Assembly: GCF_964355755.1 (NCBI RefSeq)
Contig: NC_092673.1
Coordinates: 19,589,648 to 19,653,647, forward strand
Source of the DNA: Antedon mediterranea
Lineage: Eukaryota > Animalia > Echinodermata
Direction: 5' to 3'
DNA length: 64,000 nucleotides
Positions 50,701-63,641 of the stretch are shown here, one piece after another; positions within the stretch are counted from its first letter, which is position 1; each line of letters begins with the position of its first letter. Position numbers and translations under genes: made by a program. A model generated the notes under the pieces. That model searched no databases and was not told the DNA's origin. It worked only from the letters and a program-made list of their open reading frames with translations.

Positions 50701-53700
50701 TAACAACAAAAGAGGGCTTTGATATTATGCTTATGAAAGGAAGAATTGAAGATTCTAAGGTATGAATTTTTATTTCTATTCTATACTACTGAATATAAAG
50801 TTTGTTCAAATTGTTTCCATATGTGTTTTTGCTAATTATTCACTACAGTGCTTACTGAAGATGCAATACCATTTATAATTTCTCTAGGTGGATGTCATTG
50901 TAAATTCAACCTCACACGATCTTAATCTGAACAGTGGTAATGTTTCTAAAGCTCTTCTTCAAGCTGCAGGTCCTCAACTTCAACAAGAGTGCAGTGCTAT
51001 AAAAGCTACTGAAGGGAATATTCCAGTAAATGGATTTGTTGAAACTGGTCCTGCTGCTTTGAAATGCCAGAAAGTATTTCACATATCACCACAACATTAT
51101 CAGGGAGCAGCATCAATGCAGGTCTGCTATTAGCTTTTATACCATTTATCATAATGCTTGCTTCTTTTTATATACAATTTTGTTTGTAGGCGAATTACCA
51201 GTTTTATTTTCAGCGAATCTATAATTAGACAAGACCATACAAATTATGATTTGCTCTGGCATTAGACCGTGGACAATTATATAATTTTGATATTGTTTTT
51301 TTTATAGAATATAACAATTCTTCTTAAAACGATATTGTCATCAGCATCTAGCATGAGATCAATTGCCATTCCGGCACTAGGGACTGGAAACCTGAAGTAT
51401 CCAGCTCATCAAGTGTCAAATGTCATGTATGAGGAAGCTATAGAATTTAGTGCAAATCATCCACGAAGCAATCTGAAGGAAATACATTTTGTAGTTTACT
51501 ACAAAGATACCAACACTATTTCGGTTTGTTTGAATGTTTTGATCGATAGTCATATACGCTGCTGTAAAGTCTCTATACATAACTATTTTATATGAAAATT
51601 AATTAATTAATTAGCTTTTTCAACAACTAACCTACTAACATTAATTCTCTATTGAATATACAAATAATGATATCAATCATATACTTACAGTTTGTAATTT
51701 TTATGTTATTTCTACTTTACTTTATTCTTTGTTTTTATATATTGTGTTGTCTTATACCTCTTCTAATTTAGGCATTTGACTCCGAGATAAAGAATTTAAA
51801 ATATCTAGCAAATGAAGTAGAAAAAACAACCAACCAAAGAGATCTTGGAAAAAGAAGTAGGCATACTTTGGTTTTAAAACTAATACATAATTTGCAATTC
51901 ATTTGGTCATATTTATTACAGTACTTGACATTTGTCAAAATTAATAAAATCACATGCTGCTATATGTATTTATAGTGCATTATCTAGATTATAATCAATG
52001 TTGTATTTTTATTCCATGAACAACCAAGTAAAATTCTATAACTATAGTTTTCTAAAAAAATGCCTATAGTGGAAGCAGTTAATTTGAGTCAACCTACTGC
52101 AGCTGACCACATTACAAGTTCATCACCACACAAACACTTTAGACGGCTGAGTAGACGTCGGGCAGAGATGGAAATAGGATGTGTAACTGTTACAGTTGAA
52201 CAAGGCGATATAACAACTTGTGATGCTGATGCCATTGTCAATTTAACCTCGAATACATTTAATTTGTGTATGGGTAAGGTGTTTATATACAAATCATAAT
52301 TATAAACGTACATGTTAGTAAACTATAGGGATAACACATATAGGCCTACAGTTCACATTGCAATCTACTACAATTAAAGATTGTGTCTTCTACTGTAGTA
52401 GCTAGTTTACTTTTCATAAAGAGAAAAATATATTAAATGATTTTTTTACACTATCAGAAATATTTGATGTGATAATTGTTTTAATGCTTTTGCTACTCTA
52501 TTATAATATTTAACATTTTTCATCATTGTTTTTTCATTTACTTATAGGAGCTGTTTCAAATGCAATTCTTAAAGCAGGTGGAACATCCATTCAAACAGAA
52601 TGCACAAACAACATGAAATGTAAGATTTGTTCATTCTAATTTCAAATATTTTTGTAACAACTTTTCATTATGGGGATTATAATATATGTAGGCCTCAACC
52701 AAGTCTTTGAATCGCTACTTTTTAATATAAAAAAATCTTGATTTTTTTCAGCCCCTTCGTTGACTTTCCCAGATGAAATATGGACAGGCTCAGGTAGACT
52801 AAATTGCAGTGCAATTTGCCATTTACCTATTTCCAACGATATCAATCAGCAAAAAACAATGTTAGTCAAAATAATGGCAACAGCAAACGTCCGAAAGTAT
52901 AATAAAATAGCATTTCCAGCTATTGGTACAGGTAAGGTAGAATATGGAAGTTAAAGAGGCTTGGAGATTTTCAGTATTATCTTTATTAAAAAGAAATAAC
53001 ATGAGGATGAAACAATGTGATATAATAGCAGTTTATGTTGATTTGTCCATCTTGGTTTTGGTTGACATTATAATTTCATTTAAATTGTGATGAGGGTCTA
53101 TCAATGTGAGCTTGCATTTAATAATATATTGATTCTTGCATTCAATTAGAGCACGGTCTTACTGAAAATCAACTTTCAGTTGAGTTAAGTATGCGTGATT
53201 AAATAAAGCTTATTATTATTATTGTTATTACACTATTAATTTCGCTTTTGTGATTGTTTTTTTTATTTTGTAGGAAATTCTAAAAAATCACCTAAAGAAG
53301 CAGCTACATTACTTTTTGACTGCATCCTAAAATTTTCAAAGAAAGAAAATCCAACCAGTTTAAGAAAGATCATGATCATTGTGTTTGAAATGCCTATGAC
53401 TTTAGAATTCATTTCTACTATGGAAGATTTACATCAACCACAGCTTCAATCCAAAGGCTTTTTTCAGAGAAGCTATGGTAAATATAAGTTTTCCACAAAT
53501 ATCAAAATTAATCAAAGTGGTGCGGTAATTGCAAAACGAAGGAGTCCTTGTGTGGGCCAGAGGGTTGTCAAGGGCCACGTACTGGTGGTTACGGCCAGGC
53601 CCGTATCCAGGGGGGGGGGGGGGGTGCGTTGGGTGCAGACGCATCCCCCCCCCCCCACCCAAGTCCCAAAATGTCCACTATTTCCTCGGTTGGTATTTTT

Positions 53701-56700
53701 TCTTGTCTTGTTTAACTAAAGACAATATTATATATATATATACAAAATTTACATCATCAATGGTATACAAACAAAAATATGTTAATATAAAATAAAAAAA
53801 TACCGGTAATTAAATTACGGAATCTGAACTGACTACAAACTCGATGTAAAACATGCGCAGTCGATCATGTGACGACAAGCAATTCAATAGCTTAGCGCTT
53901 CATGTACGCGGGACGCGGTAAAGTGTTTGCTGGAAATACAGACAACTTAACCGGCGGTAAAGACGTGTCTGGAAATACAGACACTATCAAATACGGCGCC
54001 TAAACAAGGGAAGGAAGGCCAACTCAGACAGCGTCGTACAACGCTGTCTGAGTTGGCCTTAAACATCATGAAAGCGTTAAGTTCTGGACGTCCATCATTC
54101 AACTAGCCCAAGCCACAACAAAGAAAAAATCAGTCTTTAGAACGTCAAATAACGCAAATTTTGTCCGGGGCCTTCGGCCCCTGCACCATCTGACCCCCAG
54201 CCATTGTTGCTCGCTCTTCGCTCGCACCCCCCCCCCATTATAAATGCTGCAAACGGGCCTGACGGCCCTGATGAAAATGCTAATTGATGACTTGGCAAGA
54301 TAAATATTGCTATATTGCTGTTAATTCTTATCTCCATGATGCATATCATCACCTTGATTCAAAAAGAAATTATGTACGGTCTATATTTTTCGATTTCTCC
54401 AGTGCTTTTAATAGGCCTACTATTTTACCACATGTTTTAATTGATAGATTATTAAGTTTTAATGTCTCACCTCAGCTCGCCAAAGTTATATATAGTTTTT
54501 TGATTAATAGACCGCAGATGGTTAAGTGCAATGGTATCCTATCCAACAAAGAATCTACCAGTGTTGGAGCTCCTCAAGGATGTGTTATCTCTCCAATTTT
54601 GTTCTCTTTTTATTCTAGTAGTTTTAATATTTTAAGCAAAGATTGCAATATTGTAAAATACGCTGACGATACTGTAATTAGTGGTTTTCTTTGCGATAGT
54701 AAGCATAATGTAAATGAATTTGTTAATGAAGTTGGAAGATTTGTTAATTGGTGTGAAGATATGAACTTAATACTTAATATTACTAAAACCAAAGAGATGA
54801 TAATAGATTTTCGTAAAACTGCAGTTGAACATAATGTAATAACTATTAAAGAAACCGAGGTTGAAAGAGTAACCCAATACAAATACTTAGGTACTATAAT
54901 TGACAACAAATTAAAATGGGAGTCAAACTCTCTCATGATTTCCAAGAAGGCATCTCAAAGGCTCTACTTTCTCAGAAAACTCAAGCAAATTAGTTGATAA
55001 CACTATTTTAATTCTATTTTATCAAAGTATTATTCAAAGTATTTTATCTTTTAGCATTGGATGTTTTTATGGTAACTTTACTGAAAATGATAAGAAAAAT
55101 ATTGAGAGACCACGTAAAATTGCACAACGTATTATTAAAGCTGATCTTACGCCTTGTTCACTTATCTATGAAAAGAGTATTCTAAAAAAAGTAAACAATA
55201 TTATGAAAGACCCCACTCATCCGTTACATTACTGTTATAACTTAAATAGATCAGGCATTAGGCTACGACCTCCAAGAGCAAATCTTTGTAGAACTAGAAA
55301 ATCCTTTGTTGTAAATAGCATTCATATTTTTAATTTTAATGTAAGACGTTAATGCAATTTTTAATAGTTTTACATTTTTAACAGTATTTTTAACTTTTTA
55401 TCTTGTATTTTTAATCTGTTTAATACTGCACGTTTTTAAATTGTTGCAATATTGTTGTTTTAATGTACCAAGCAAAGTGAATTTCCATTTTTATGGACAA
55501 ATAAAATTTCTTGAATCTTGAATCTTGAATCTATAATATTATACTGTTTATCACACAAGATAAAAGAATAATACTTTTGTCTTTTTACCATTTAAGATTA
55601 TATGAAGGCAAAGGTACGCCTACTAGGATCAGAAGAAACAACTGACGAAGATGTTCAAACTAGCCCACAGCTTTCCTTAAGAATTCTGTCACTAGATGAG
55701 GAAGGAATAAATGGAGCAAAGAGTAGAATACAATCAATAATAGCCGGGGAAATGACAGAAGAGGTATTTTTTTTAACTGAATAATTAATTTACTTTACAG
55801 AGCATGATTCATGATATTATAACTTTGCTGCATGCATACATTCTTCTCTTTTTCCGGGTCCAAAAAATACATTTTTTTACCTTCATCGTTCATGAGTTTC
55901 CACAATCATCATATTGATTATCACGGAACTAGTTGGTGTGGTGGCAGTATTCACAGCTGGTTTTGGGTTTACTGTAGTTCTTATTTTATTTAAATTGTTA
56001 TGTTATTTTTTGTGTTATTGATCTTTTTATGCTTTTTTTTACAAGGGCGTGACTCGAGTTGTCATGTCATGCCCTAATTTAGATGCACTATTTAAACTTC
56101 TGGCTAGGAAATGGAACATAGTATGATTTTGTTGTGATGGTCTTCACATTCCTCATCATATCACTCCTGTTATCATGGTCTTTTATTGGCTCCCCATCAA
56201 ACTTTAAGATCATTGTTTTAACATTTAAAGCTTCTTTTTTCCTGTCCATCATATATCGCCCAACCTATTCCTCGATACACTCCATAACATCGCCATTGCT
56301 TCTCTGACAAATCATTGCTAATCTGTTAAAATGTTCCCTGTTTCCCGACTTACGGTGGATGCTCATTTTCTGTTGTTGCATTCTTGGAATGAATTCACAC
56401 GTTTTGTAAAGCTATCACTAAAAACTCGTTTAATTAGCAAATGTCATGATACAATGCGCCTTTGATCATCTTTTTGGAATTGGCGCTATGTAAATGTTTG
56501 ATTGTCGTCGATATTATTATTAACATCATTATTATATTAATTCATTTAGTGGGTAGTTTATTGCAACAATGTTTTTTTTGTTCAAGGTTTTTCATAAAGA
56601 TGCTTTTAGCAAATTTACCCCACAGCAGATTGCAAAGTTAAAGAAGATTGCTGGTGATTATGAGGTATGTTCAATTGAAAACCATATTTGTGTTAGTAAA

Positions 56701-59700
56701 TTAAGTAGTATTTTCCCAAATGTAGCGAATATTCAGCCACCTAATTTCATTTCAGTCAGAAAACTGAATTGCGAAAGAAAGTTTACAGAAAACAACGGCA
56801 ATAAAACTGACTTTTATCTATATTATAAGTGAGATAGTTTACGTTTGTTCGTTGAAGTGAGATAGTAATAACTCTATAGTTCACTATGTCGGTCGGTCTG
56901 TCAGTCCGGTATCACTATGCGTTTTATCGCTTTCTGACCTTATCTTGATATCAGTTTAATCTAGCTAAGTAAATTTTTCACAGTATATTCCTTATGGCCA
57001 GGAATCGATGTGGTTATGTTTTCATGGTGCGCAATAAAAAATTACGTGGTCTACGCACGATTTAACGAAATCATGTTTGTAATCATATCTTCACAACCAT
57101 GAATCACAATTAAATAAAATTTGATACTCATAAATTTCAGGGCATAAATCATCATATGGCAATACAATTACGTGCGTAGCGCATGTAACGCATGCGTACG
57201 CGCGCTTACAATTTTCAAAATTTATTTTCGATGAAATAAGAGTACGTTTCAGGCAATTTTAAGCGTTTACAAAATTGCCATGAGTGCGCAGATTTTTGCT
57301 CGCAGATTTTTGCTCGCGCACTGCGTGTTAAATGTTATTGCGCTCTCTTTTTGCCCGATTTCTGTTTTCTTGACTTACTTTTCAACTCGAGCACGTCAAA
57401 AGTGACAGGCTACGCACGTGTAAATTAAAAAAATATAACTGTTTTTAAACATTTCAACATTTTTAAACGCGACTGCAGCCATCTATATGGCCTTGTTTTT
57501 TACTGCATGCCGCTATACTCGGAATTATGTGGTATCAAAATGCAACAACATCGGCAAGGGTTCGAGGCCGACTCGCTCCTAGTTCTGGTGGTGGAACAAG
57601 TCTTCTCGGATAAGGACTATAAACCGTAGGTCCAGTATACACAGTTATAACCTGTGTGTACTTTAAAGAACCCAGTTCATTATTCGAAAAAGAGTAGGGG
57701 GTTACCCCGGTGAACTGGTTCACACAATAGCCTCTGTATCAGGGGGATTACCACCTATCTGATAGGACAGTGATTAATTTACTATTGGTAATCCTTGGCC
57801 ACAGTGCCTAAAGACATAAAATAAAATAAAAAAATAAATAAAATAAACTATACATATGGGGTCAGACTTGCCCCAAGTGCGTAGTTATTTTCTTTTTTAT
57901 GTTCGTCCACCAGTCGGCGTTTCAATTTGGTCTGTAAACTATAGACTTGAAAAATGCTTATATAAATTGATTTGCAAACCCGCAAACATCGGATAAGAAT
58001 GGCCTCTGGAGTAATGATTGATCGGAACTGTTCTGGGAAGGTTTTAAACTAAATTTGAAACCTGCTCTGGGCTGGTGTAATTGCTAGTATGTTATTAAAA
58101 AAATTATTTTATTTATAACTTTAGGTTGCTATTAGTACTCGAAAAATCAAGTCAAACATCATTGAATTGCAAGGCAGACGTGTTAATGTAATGAAAGCTC
58201 AAAAACTCATATATGAATTGATTGTTGAAATACAAGAAAAGCAGTTAATTTTAAAAGATGTGAAGTGGTTCTACACAGGTGTTAATAATGAAATGGTGGA
58301 ATTTGATGGCGATATTACAGTTTTGCTTGAAAAAGCCTTCCAAAAGAAGAAGAATGAAGTAACATATACTACACGTAATAATCACAAATTTAAGGTGAAC
58401 CTAAAAAAGATGCCAATGGAAGAAACTGATTTAACGTTGAATACAACCAACATGGTTATTCGTAATGAATGTAAGGGTACTGTTTAAACAATTTTTAAAG
58501 AAACTAGTATTTATTTATTCTTTTATTTCTATCATCTCATAAAATTATAATAAAAGAAGGAAAAAACCTGAATTGTTATCTAACCCAAATTGTATAAATG
58601 TGAAGTCTCACAATAAAGTGAGTCAAGTTTTTACTATTGTTCAAATTTACTCATAATTTACCTATAATCTACCTATAATCTAAAATGCTCTTGCCGAGAT
58701 AAAACCCTCAAATGAGACTTAGTTTAAAGGCATGATGAAATTGTAGTTTATCCAACTCGTAATTTGTGAGTTTGTTGCTGTTTAATGCGTATGAAATAAA
58801 AAAATTATAAATATAATTTAAGCTACGATGAATCTTCCTTCTGATTGGAGTCCAATGACGGAAAAGCAAAAGTCGGAAATATGTGATCTTCAGCCAATTA
58901 GTAACGAATACCACCAAGTTGAGATTCAGTTTACTGCTGCATTGGGCAGCAAGGTTCAACTAAAGGCTATTGTCAAGGTTTGCATGAACATTTGTTAATG
59001 TACATTTTCCTCCTGTTTACCACACTTTCAAAAGTAGTGGCTTCTAAAATTGTTGTTCCAATAAGAGTATTCTGTTAGTTACTGAACTGTTTAACTATTG
59101 AATGGCTGATAGGTTCAGATAAAATCTCAACATTGTAGTTGTACAACTTTAGCATTAATTTGAGTTAATTCAACTACCGTCAAACTGATTTGTCTGCTAC
59201 CATTTCTTTCTCTATAGATAAGTCGCATTCAGAATATCGAGTTATGGAAACAATATGCTATTAAAAAGGAAGCTTTTAAAAAGACTATGGAAGGTCAAGG
59301 ATTTGAACGAACGCTGTACCATGGGACTGATGATGGAACCATTACCAAAATTAACAATACAGGATTTAATAGAAGTTATGCAGGAAAAAATGGTATTTTC
59401 ACGTTTTGATTTATTAGGTTATCAATGACCTATCTTAAGCAATAAAGCCAGCCATTTAAAATACTTCCATTGCAATGCACAACTTGTATTTTATCAAAAT
59501 GATTATAATAATTATTAGAGAAATATATTAATTATCCTAATTATTATACTTATGGGAAGTCCATCCAACCAGTCATGTGATGAAGTGTTAGACTTTTAAT
59601 TGTGTTATATACATGAGTATCCCTTTTTTTAGTGCAACCTTCGCCACATGGGTGGATTGTTGCAATTACAGGTTGTTTGTACAAAAATTATAATAATAAC

Positions 59701-60250
59701 CAGTTTTTTTCATTATCAGTTATGACACAACGATCAATTAAAAACTACAGAAATAAGCAGATACATTAACTTCTGACCTTTATAACTATAATATAGTATT
59801 TGTTTTGTATTTGTTTACGAATAATACACATTACAATAACACTTTATTTCAATCACTTCTGCCCACTGTTACTTGATTTTGCTATTTTCATTCATCATAG
59901 CATTGTTACACATTTTTAAAAATAATGACCACTGTTATTATTTTAGCCATATTTAAAATCAAATGTTTTTGGATATTTCAGTGACTGCTTTTGGAAAAGG
60001 AACTTACTTTGCTACCTCTGCTGCTTATTCTGCTCAAGAAAAGTATTCTCAACCAAATGCAAATGGAGAAAAACACATTTTAATGTGTAGTGTTCTTGTG
60101 GGTAAATGTACAAAAGGAACACCCGACATGTTGGCACCACCAGCTGGCTTTGACAGTGTTTGTGATGATCCTGCCAATCCTAAAATTATCGTCATATTTC
60201 ATGATGTTCAAGCTTATCCGAGTTATCTTATTACCTTTAAGTTGACCTAA
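44702..60250 (+). CDS. PARP14: Gene C C-terminal part: PARP14-like mono-ADP-ribosyltransferase (RRMs, KH region, 3 macrodomains, WWE, ART); premature TAA at 50313-50315
   Basis: Exons 44702-44956, 45374-45649, 46432-46680, 46924-47145, 48300-49940, 50182-50759, 50888-51121, 51308-51523, 51772-51856, 52070-52273, 52548-52619, 52752-52931, 53274-53477, 55597-55763, 56587-56664, 58125-58476, 58823-58977, 59218-59392, 59982-60250. Motifs LYFE...SGGG (RRM), DAIVNAAN..L.HSGGLAKAI, SIAIPALGTG, VKWFY..LEKAF (WWE), LYHGT, GFNRSYAGKN, FGKGTYFA, QAYPSYLITF. Confidence 0.92.
47871..47940 (+). ncRNA. Penelope-type minimal hammerhead-ribozyme-like motif (PLE LTR fragment) in a PARP14 intron
   Basis: CTGAGGA core, stem II CGATCAA-AGCATA-TTGATC(G), GAAAC-GTC; stem I imperfect. 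Confidence 0.55.
53596..54261. mobile_element. Non-autonomous DNA transposon with 5-bp TSD (hAT5-like)
   Basis: TIR CAGGCCCGT / ACGGGCCTG, TSD ACGGC on both sides, G/C-run subterminal repeats. Confidence 0.75.
54300..55531 (+). mobile_element. 5'-truncated Rex1/Babar-like non-LTR retrotransposon (RT C-terminal half, frameshift near 54990, 3' UTR, (TCTTGAA)n tail)
   Basis: ORF 54284-54997: FFDFSSAFN, GAPQGCVISP.LF, KYADDT, LNITKTKEMIIDFRK, YKYLG.IID..L.W, QRLYFLRKL; continues in another frame LFYQSIIQSIL.F. Confidence 0.9.
56150..56535 (+). mobile_element. Degenerate L2-type LINE 3' remnant
   Basis: HITPV....WLPI, FKI..LTFKA remnants; tail GCGCCTTTGA...GGCGCTATGTAAAT..(ATT)n. Confidence 0.6.
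56870..57497 (+). mobile_element. HINE-like element, second copy
   Basis: High identity to 17210-17814. Confidence 0.8.
57545..57850 (+). mobile_element. Deu-core SINE, second copy
   Basis: B-box-like GGTTCGAGGCC, same core as 14016-14307, A-rich tail. Confidence 0.75.
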
Positions 60251-60472
60251 ATATTATTATTACACTTGAGTAGATATTCCTATTAATACATTTACTTGTA
60301 TATAAATAGGCGTACATACTTTACTTATGGGATAAATAGGTATTTGCTGTAACTAATTACCATACTAAACATTCTTTGTCAAACACCTGAACTAAAGTTT
60401 ACTTATATTTACACTTTATAGATCACTTTTTGATAAACCTTTTAACATAAATTCAAGAAAAACAGAAAATAC

Positions 60473-61490
60473 AACTAGAATTTAATTCGTCACTTTGACG
60501 AATTATAGGTGATAATTTTTATCATTTTATTGACATTAATATTTTTTAAACATTGCACAATCGGAAAATGTTGATGTATGCCATCCTATTGTCGTAGACT
60601 GAATTCATTCAAACTAACTAGAACAGTGTAGGCCTAATAATATAGTTCATCAAATTAAGTGTTATTTGACGATGTTCAATTTTACAGCTTGGTAGTTGAA
60701 TTACGATTTATACATTTATACAATTTTGTTATACCTTACATTACAAACTTTGAATGTAATAGTGAGAATTAAGAAAACGATTATAGGAGTAATAATTTTT
60801 GATGTAATGAGGCTGTTACCGCGACTGCGAGAGGACACATGTTTTTGGAGCGCCGATAACTGAGATTGAGGTTAATAACATCCGTTATTTATCTTTATGC
60901 ATCTGATTGATTAAACCTGTTAAACTTCAAATTTTAGATTGATATTATTTTGTTCTAAGGTACGTTGGTTACAGTAGATGATAAAAGTAGTTTGACTTTA
61001 GGCTAGGCTCGAATGAATGTTATTCACAGCCGAGTTATGTTGGAAATGTTCGCTTTGTGCCAACAGAATCAGCTAGTGTACCTCGCTGTCCAATCAGTCA
61101 TAGAGTGGTACAAATTGAGTTAATAATTACATTGGAGATATTGTTTCTCAGACTAGGCTTAGATGTGTGTCAGTAATTGACCTATAAGTAATTATATTAT
61201 TGAAGGGAAGAGTATAATTATTGGATTATGAGTATTTATTATGTTGCGAGGATTATGTTCACGGAACATGAGTTTTATCGATAAAATGGTGGATTTGTAA
61301 ACTAGTTTTTGACCGATGAGGGCGTCATGCTGTAGTTGATTAAGATTTATTTTATGATTAGTGGCGCTATAGTTGTAAACAAAGATTCAAGATGGCTGCG
61401 CCCATGTGGATCTAGCGTCAGATTTTAAATGAATATTTTAGAGTTTTGAGCTAGTTATAAGTACAGTAGTATAGAAGAGTATATAGATAA
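60473..61490. mobile_element. Probable Helentron-like non-autonomous element
   Basis: AACTAGAATTTAATTCGTCA-CTT-TGACGAATTA hairpin start; GTGGCGCTATAG motif; AT-rich ATAGAT end. Confidence 0.4.
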
Positions 61491-62120
61491 TTAGGTTGGT
61501 TGTTTATACCATAGAGATATTCACTATAATATCTCTATGTTTATACTATTGTGGCTTATATTGATTATTGTTTTTAGTGTTTTGCACAAGTGAGATTTGA
61601 CAACAAAATTGGAGGATTACCGTCATTTTTTTGAGTTGAGGATTTAAGATAGTTTATCTCTAGTTGGGTAAGTCGGAATGGCCAAGTGCTAGATTGTTGA
61701 TATCATGTATATTCATGGGTACTATGCTACTGATTTAGGCCTAGTTAATGATTTTATCAGAAATATTCTTAATGCGATATAAAGAAATGTTAAGAACTTG
61801 TTGTTCGTTTTGAAATATTTATATAGTTGAGACAGATAATGTATTGTCAACTTTTATACTTTTTGTTAAAGAATTTCTCTAATTGTTTTTTAGGTTTTTT
61901 TTTTGTATTTTCGTTTCATTGCTGTTGTGTTCTTCACCTTGAGTACGGATATTCACAAATAAAGAATACCAAATTGCAACCAATCTTTTTATTGTATCGT
62001 CGTTACTTCTGGTGTGTGCGTCCTGACAAGACATAAGTAGAATAGAACCCGAACGACGACATTAAGAACAATAATTAATGTTTATATTTAAGCAAAAATA
62101 AAATAAAGCTTATTGACTCT

Positions 62121-62287
62121 TGTTCATATGGATTGTTAATTAGGTGATACATTTTATAAGGGCACACTCCATACTAATGGGGAATTTAGGTGTAAGTTTT
62201 TATTGTTCATATGGATTGTTAATTAAGTGATACATTTTATATAAGGACACACTCCATATTAATGGGGAATTTAGGTGTAAGTTTTAT
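62121..62287. repeat. ~83-bp tandem duplication
   Basis: TGTTCATATGGATTGTTAATTA...GGGGAATTTAGGTGTAAGTTTT twice. Confidence 0.85.
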
Positions 62288-62883
62288 TTTGATTGGTTCA
62301 GAAACGGTAATGGTAAAATGCACAGTGAACAGGCTTGTTGTGATTTTTGTTTATTATATATTATTTAAATTTATATAAATTATTTAATAATTAAGTTAAT
62401 ATAAATATCAGGATACGGATAAAACTGGTCAACAATTGTTGACCAATATTACACTGTCACCTATCACCATCCCCAGTTTTCTATTTCCTATGGTGACATC
62501 CAGAAGAGGATTAGTTGAAATCGGAATTAGAATGCTGTGAGAGTATCACTGAAATATTCATTAAAAAAATGTCATGTTGTTTACAACTAACACATAAGAA
62601 TAATCATTTGTGAATTTAAATACTTGGTAATATCATGAAGAAAATAAAAAAGATTACATTATTTTTTCCTCCATGATAGTACACAGTGTCTTGCTTTTGT
62701 GTGTACACTCTTTTATTGACTTAACCAACTTGACTGGATATCCAGATACCAATTGTGTAGTAAAATGATTTCATATGCTCTAGTTAACATGTTCTTTACA
62801 AAAGGTTGTTCTTTATGAAGTATATAGAAACTACTTATAATAATAATATAAGTTGACAACTTCTATTTTCTGTTATTTTTTAG

Positions 62884-63016
62884 TATGCAAGACTGACTCT
62901 TAAAGTCATGTGACACACAGAACGCTGTAAACAGGGTGTTGGCACTTAGCATAACAATAAACACCTTTGACGATGGACCAGGGAATGGAGGAATATTCAG
63001 ACATGAATCTACAAGG
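62884..63016 (+). other. Leader exon of a downstream gene D (5' UTR, or start MDQGMEEYSDMNLQ)
   Basis: Strong acceptor TTCTGTTATTTTTAG, donor AGG|GTAATT; homologous to 32864-33045. Confidence 0.55.
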
Positions 63017-63313
63017 GTAATTTATTGTTACCAATACCAGCAACTCTTTATGAATTTATTGTTAGTGACTGTGAGTTATATTATTCTTGTTCATTTCATT
63101 ACAGTAATTTAACGTTTTAAGCTCTTTGTCATCTGAAAGTTACAAATAAACAGTACAGTTAAACAAACGCAAGACACATGAATTTTGCTTTACTTTATCT
63201 AATCCAGCAGAAGTATTTAGTGTGAGAACATAGATTACAATTTTTTTGTGATAAACTTATAGTAACCTCTGTCTACACTATAAAACTATTTTGACAAAAA
63301 GGTCAGGTCAGTT

Positions 63314-63421
63314 CATACAGGTCATCTTCAGGCAGTAACACCAGCATACAGGTCATATTCATTCAGTAACGCCAGCATACAGGTCATCTTCATTCAGTAA
63401 CACCAGCATACAGGTCATCTC
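63314..63421. repeat. 31-bp tandem repeat (~3.5 copies)
   Basis: CATACAGGTCATCTTCATTCAGTAACACCAG. Confidence 0.85.
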
Positions 63422-63433
63422 CATAATATGTCT

Positions 63434-63641
63434 TTGGCAACTTTTAAATCTTCACTATAGAAAACATATTTGTATTAACCTTTTTGCCTTCACAATTGTA
63501 AATAGTTTTATATCTCTTTTCTTTCTTTTTGTTTTTGTTTTTAATTTTAATACAAATATGTTTACTGAACCACTTTACAAATCAGTACATTTGTATTGAA
63601 AGTGTATTTCAGTTTAAAGAAAGAACAAATAAATAAATAAA
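63434..63641 (+). mobile_element. 3' end of the same LINE family as 21944-22470
   Basis: Near-identical 3' UTR and (TAAA)n tail. Confidence 0.8.

Noticed and set aside
54284-54997. Reverse transcriptase as part of a host system (retron/DGR-like)
   Set aside because: Ordinary 5'-truncated, frameshifted Rex1/Babar-like LINE with repeat tail, located in an intron
61388-61404. YY1-like CAAGATGGCTGC promoter motif for gene D
   Set aside because: Falls within a probable Helentron-like element where such motifs are common; cannot separate from TE origin
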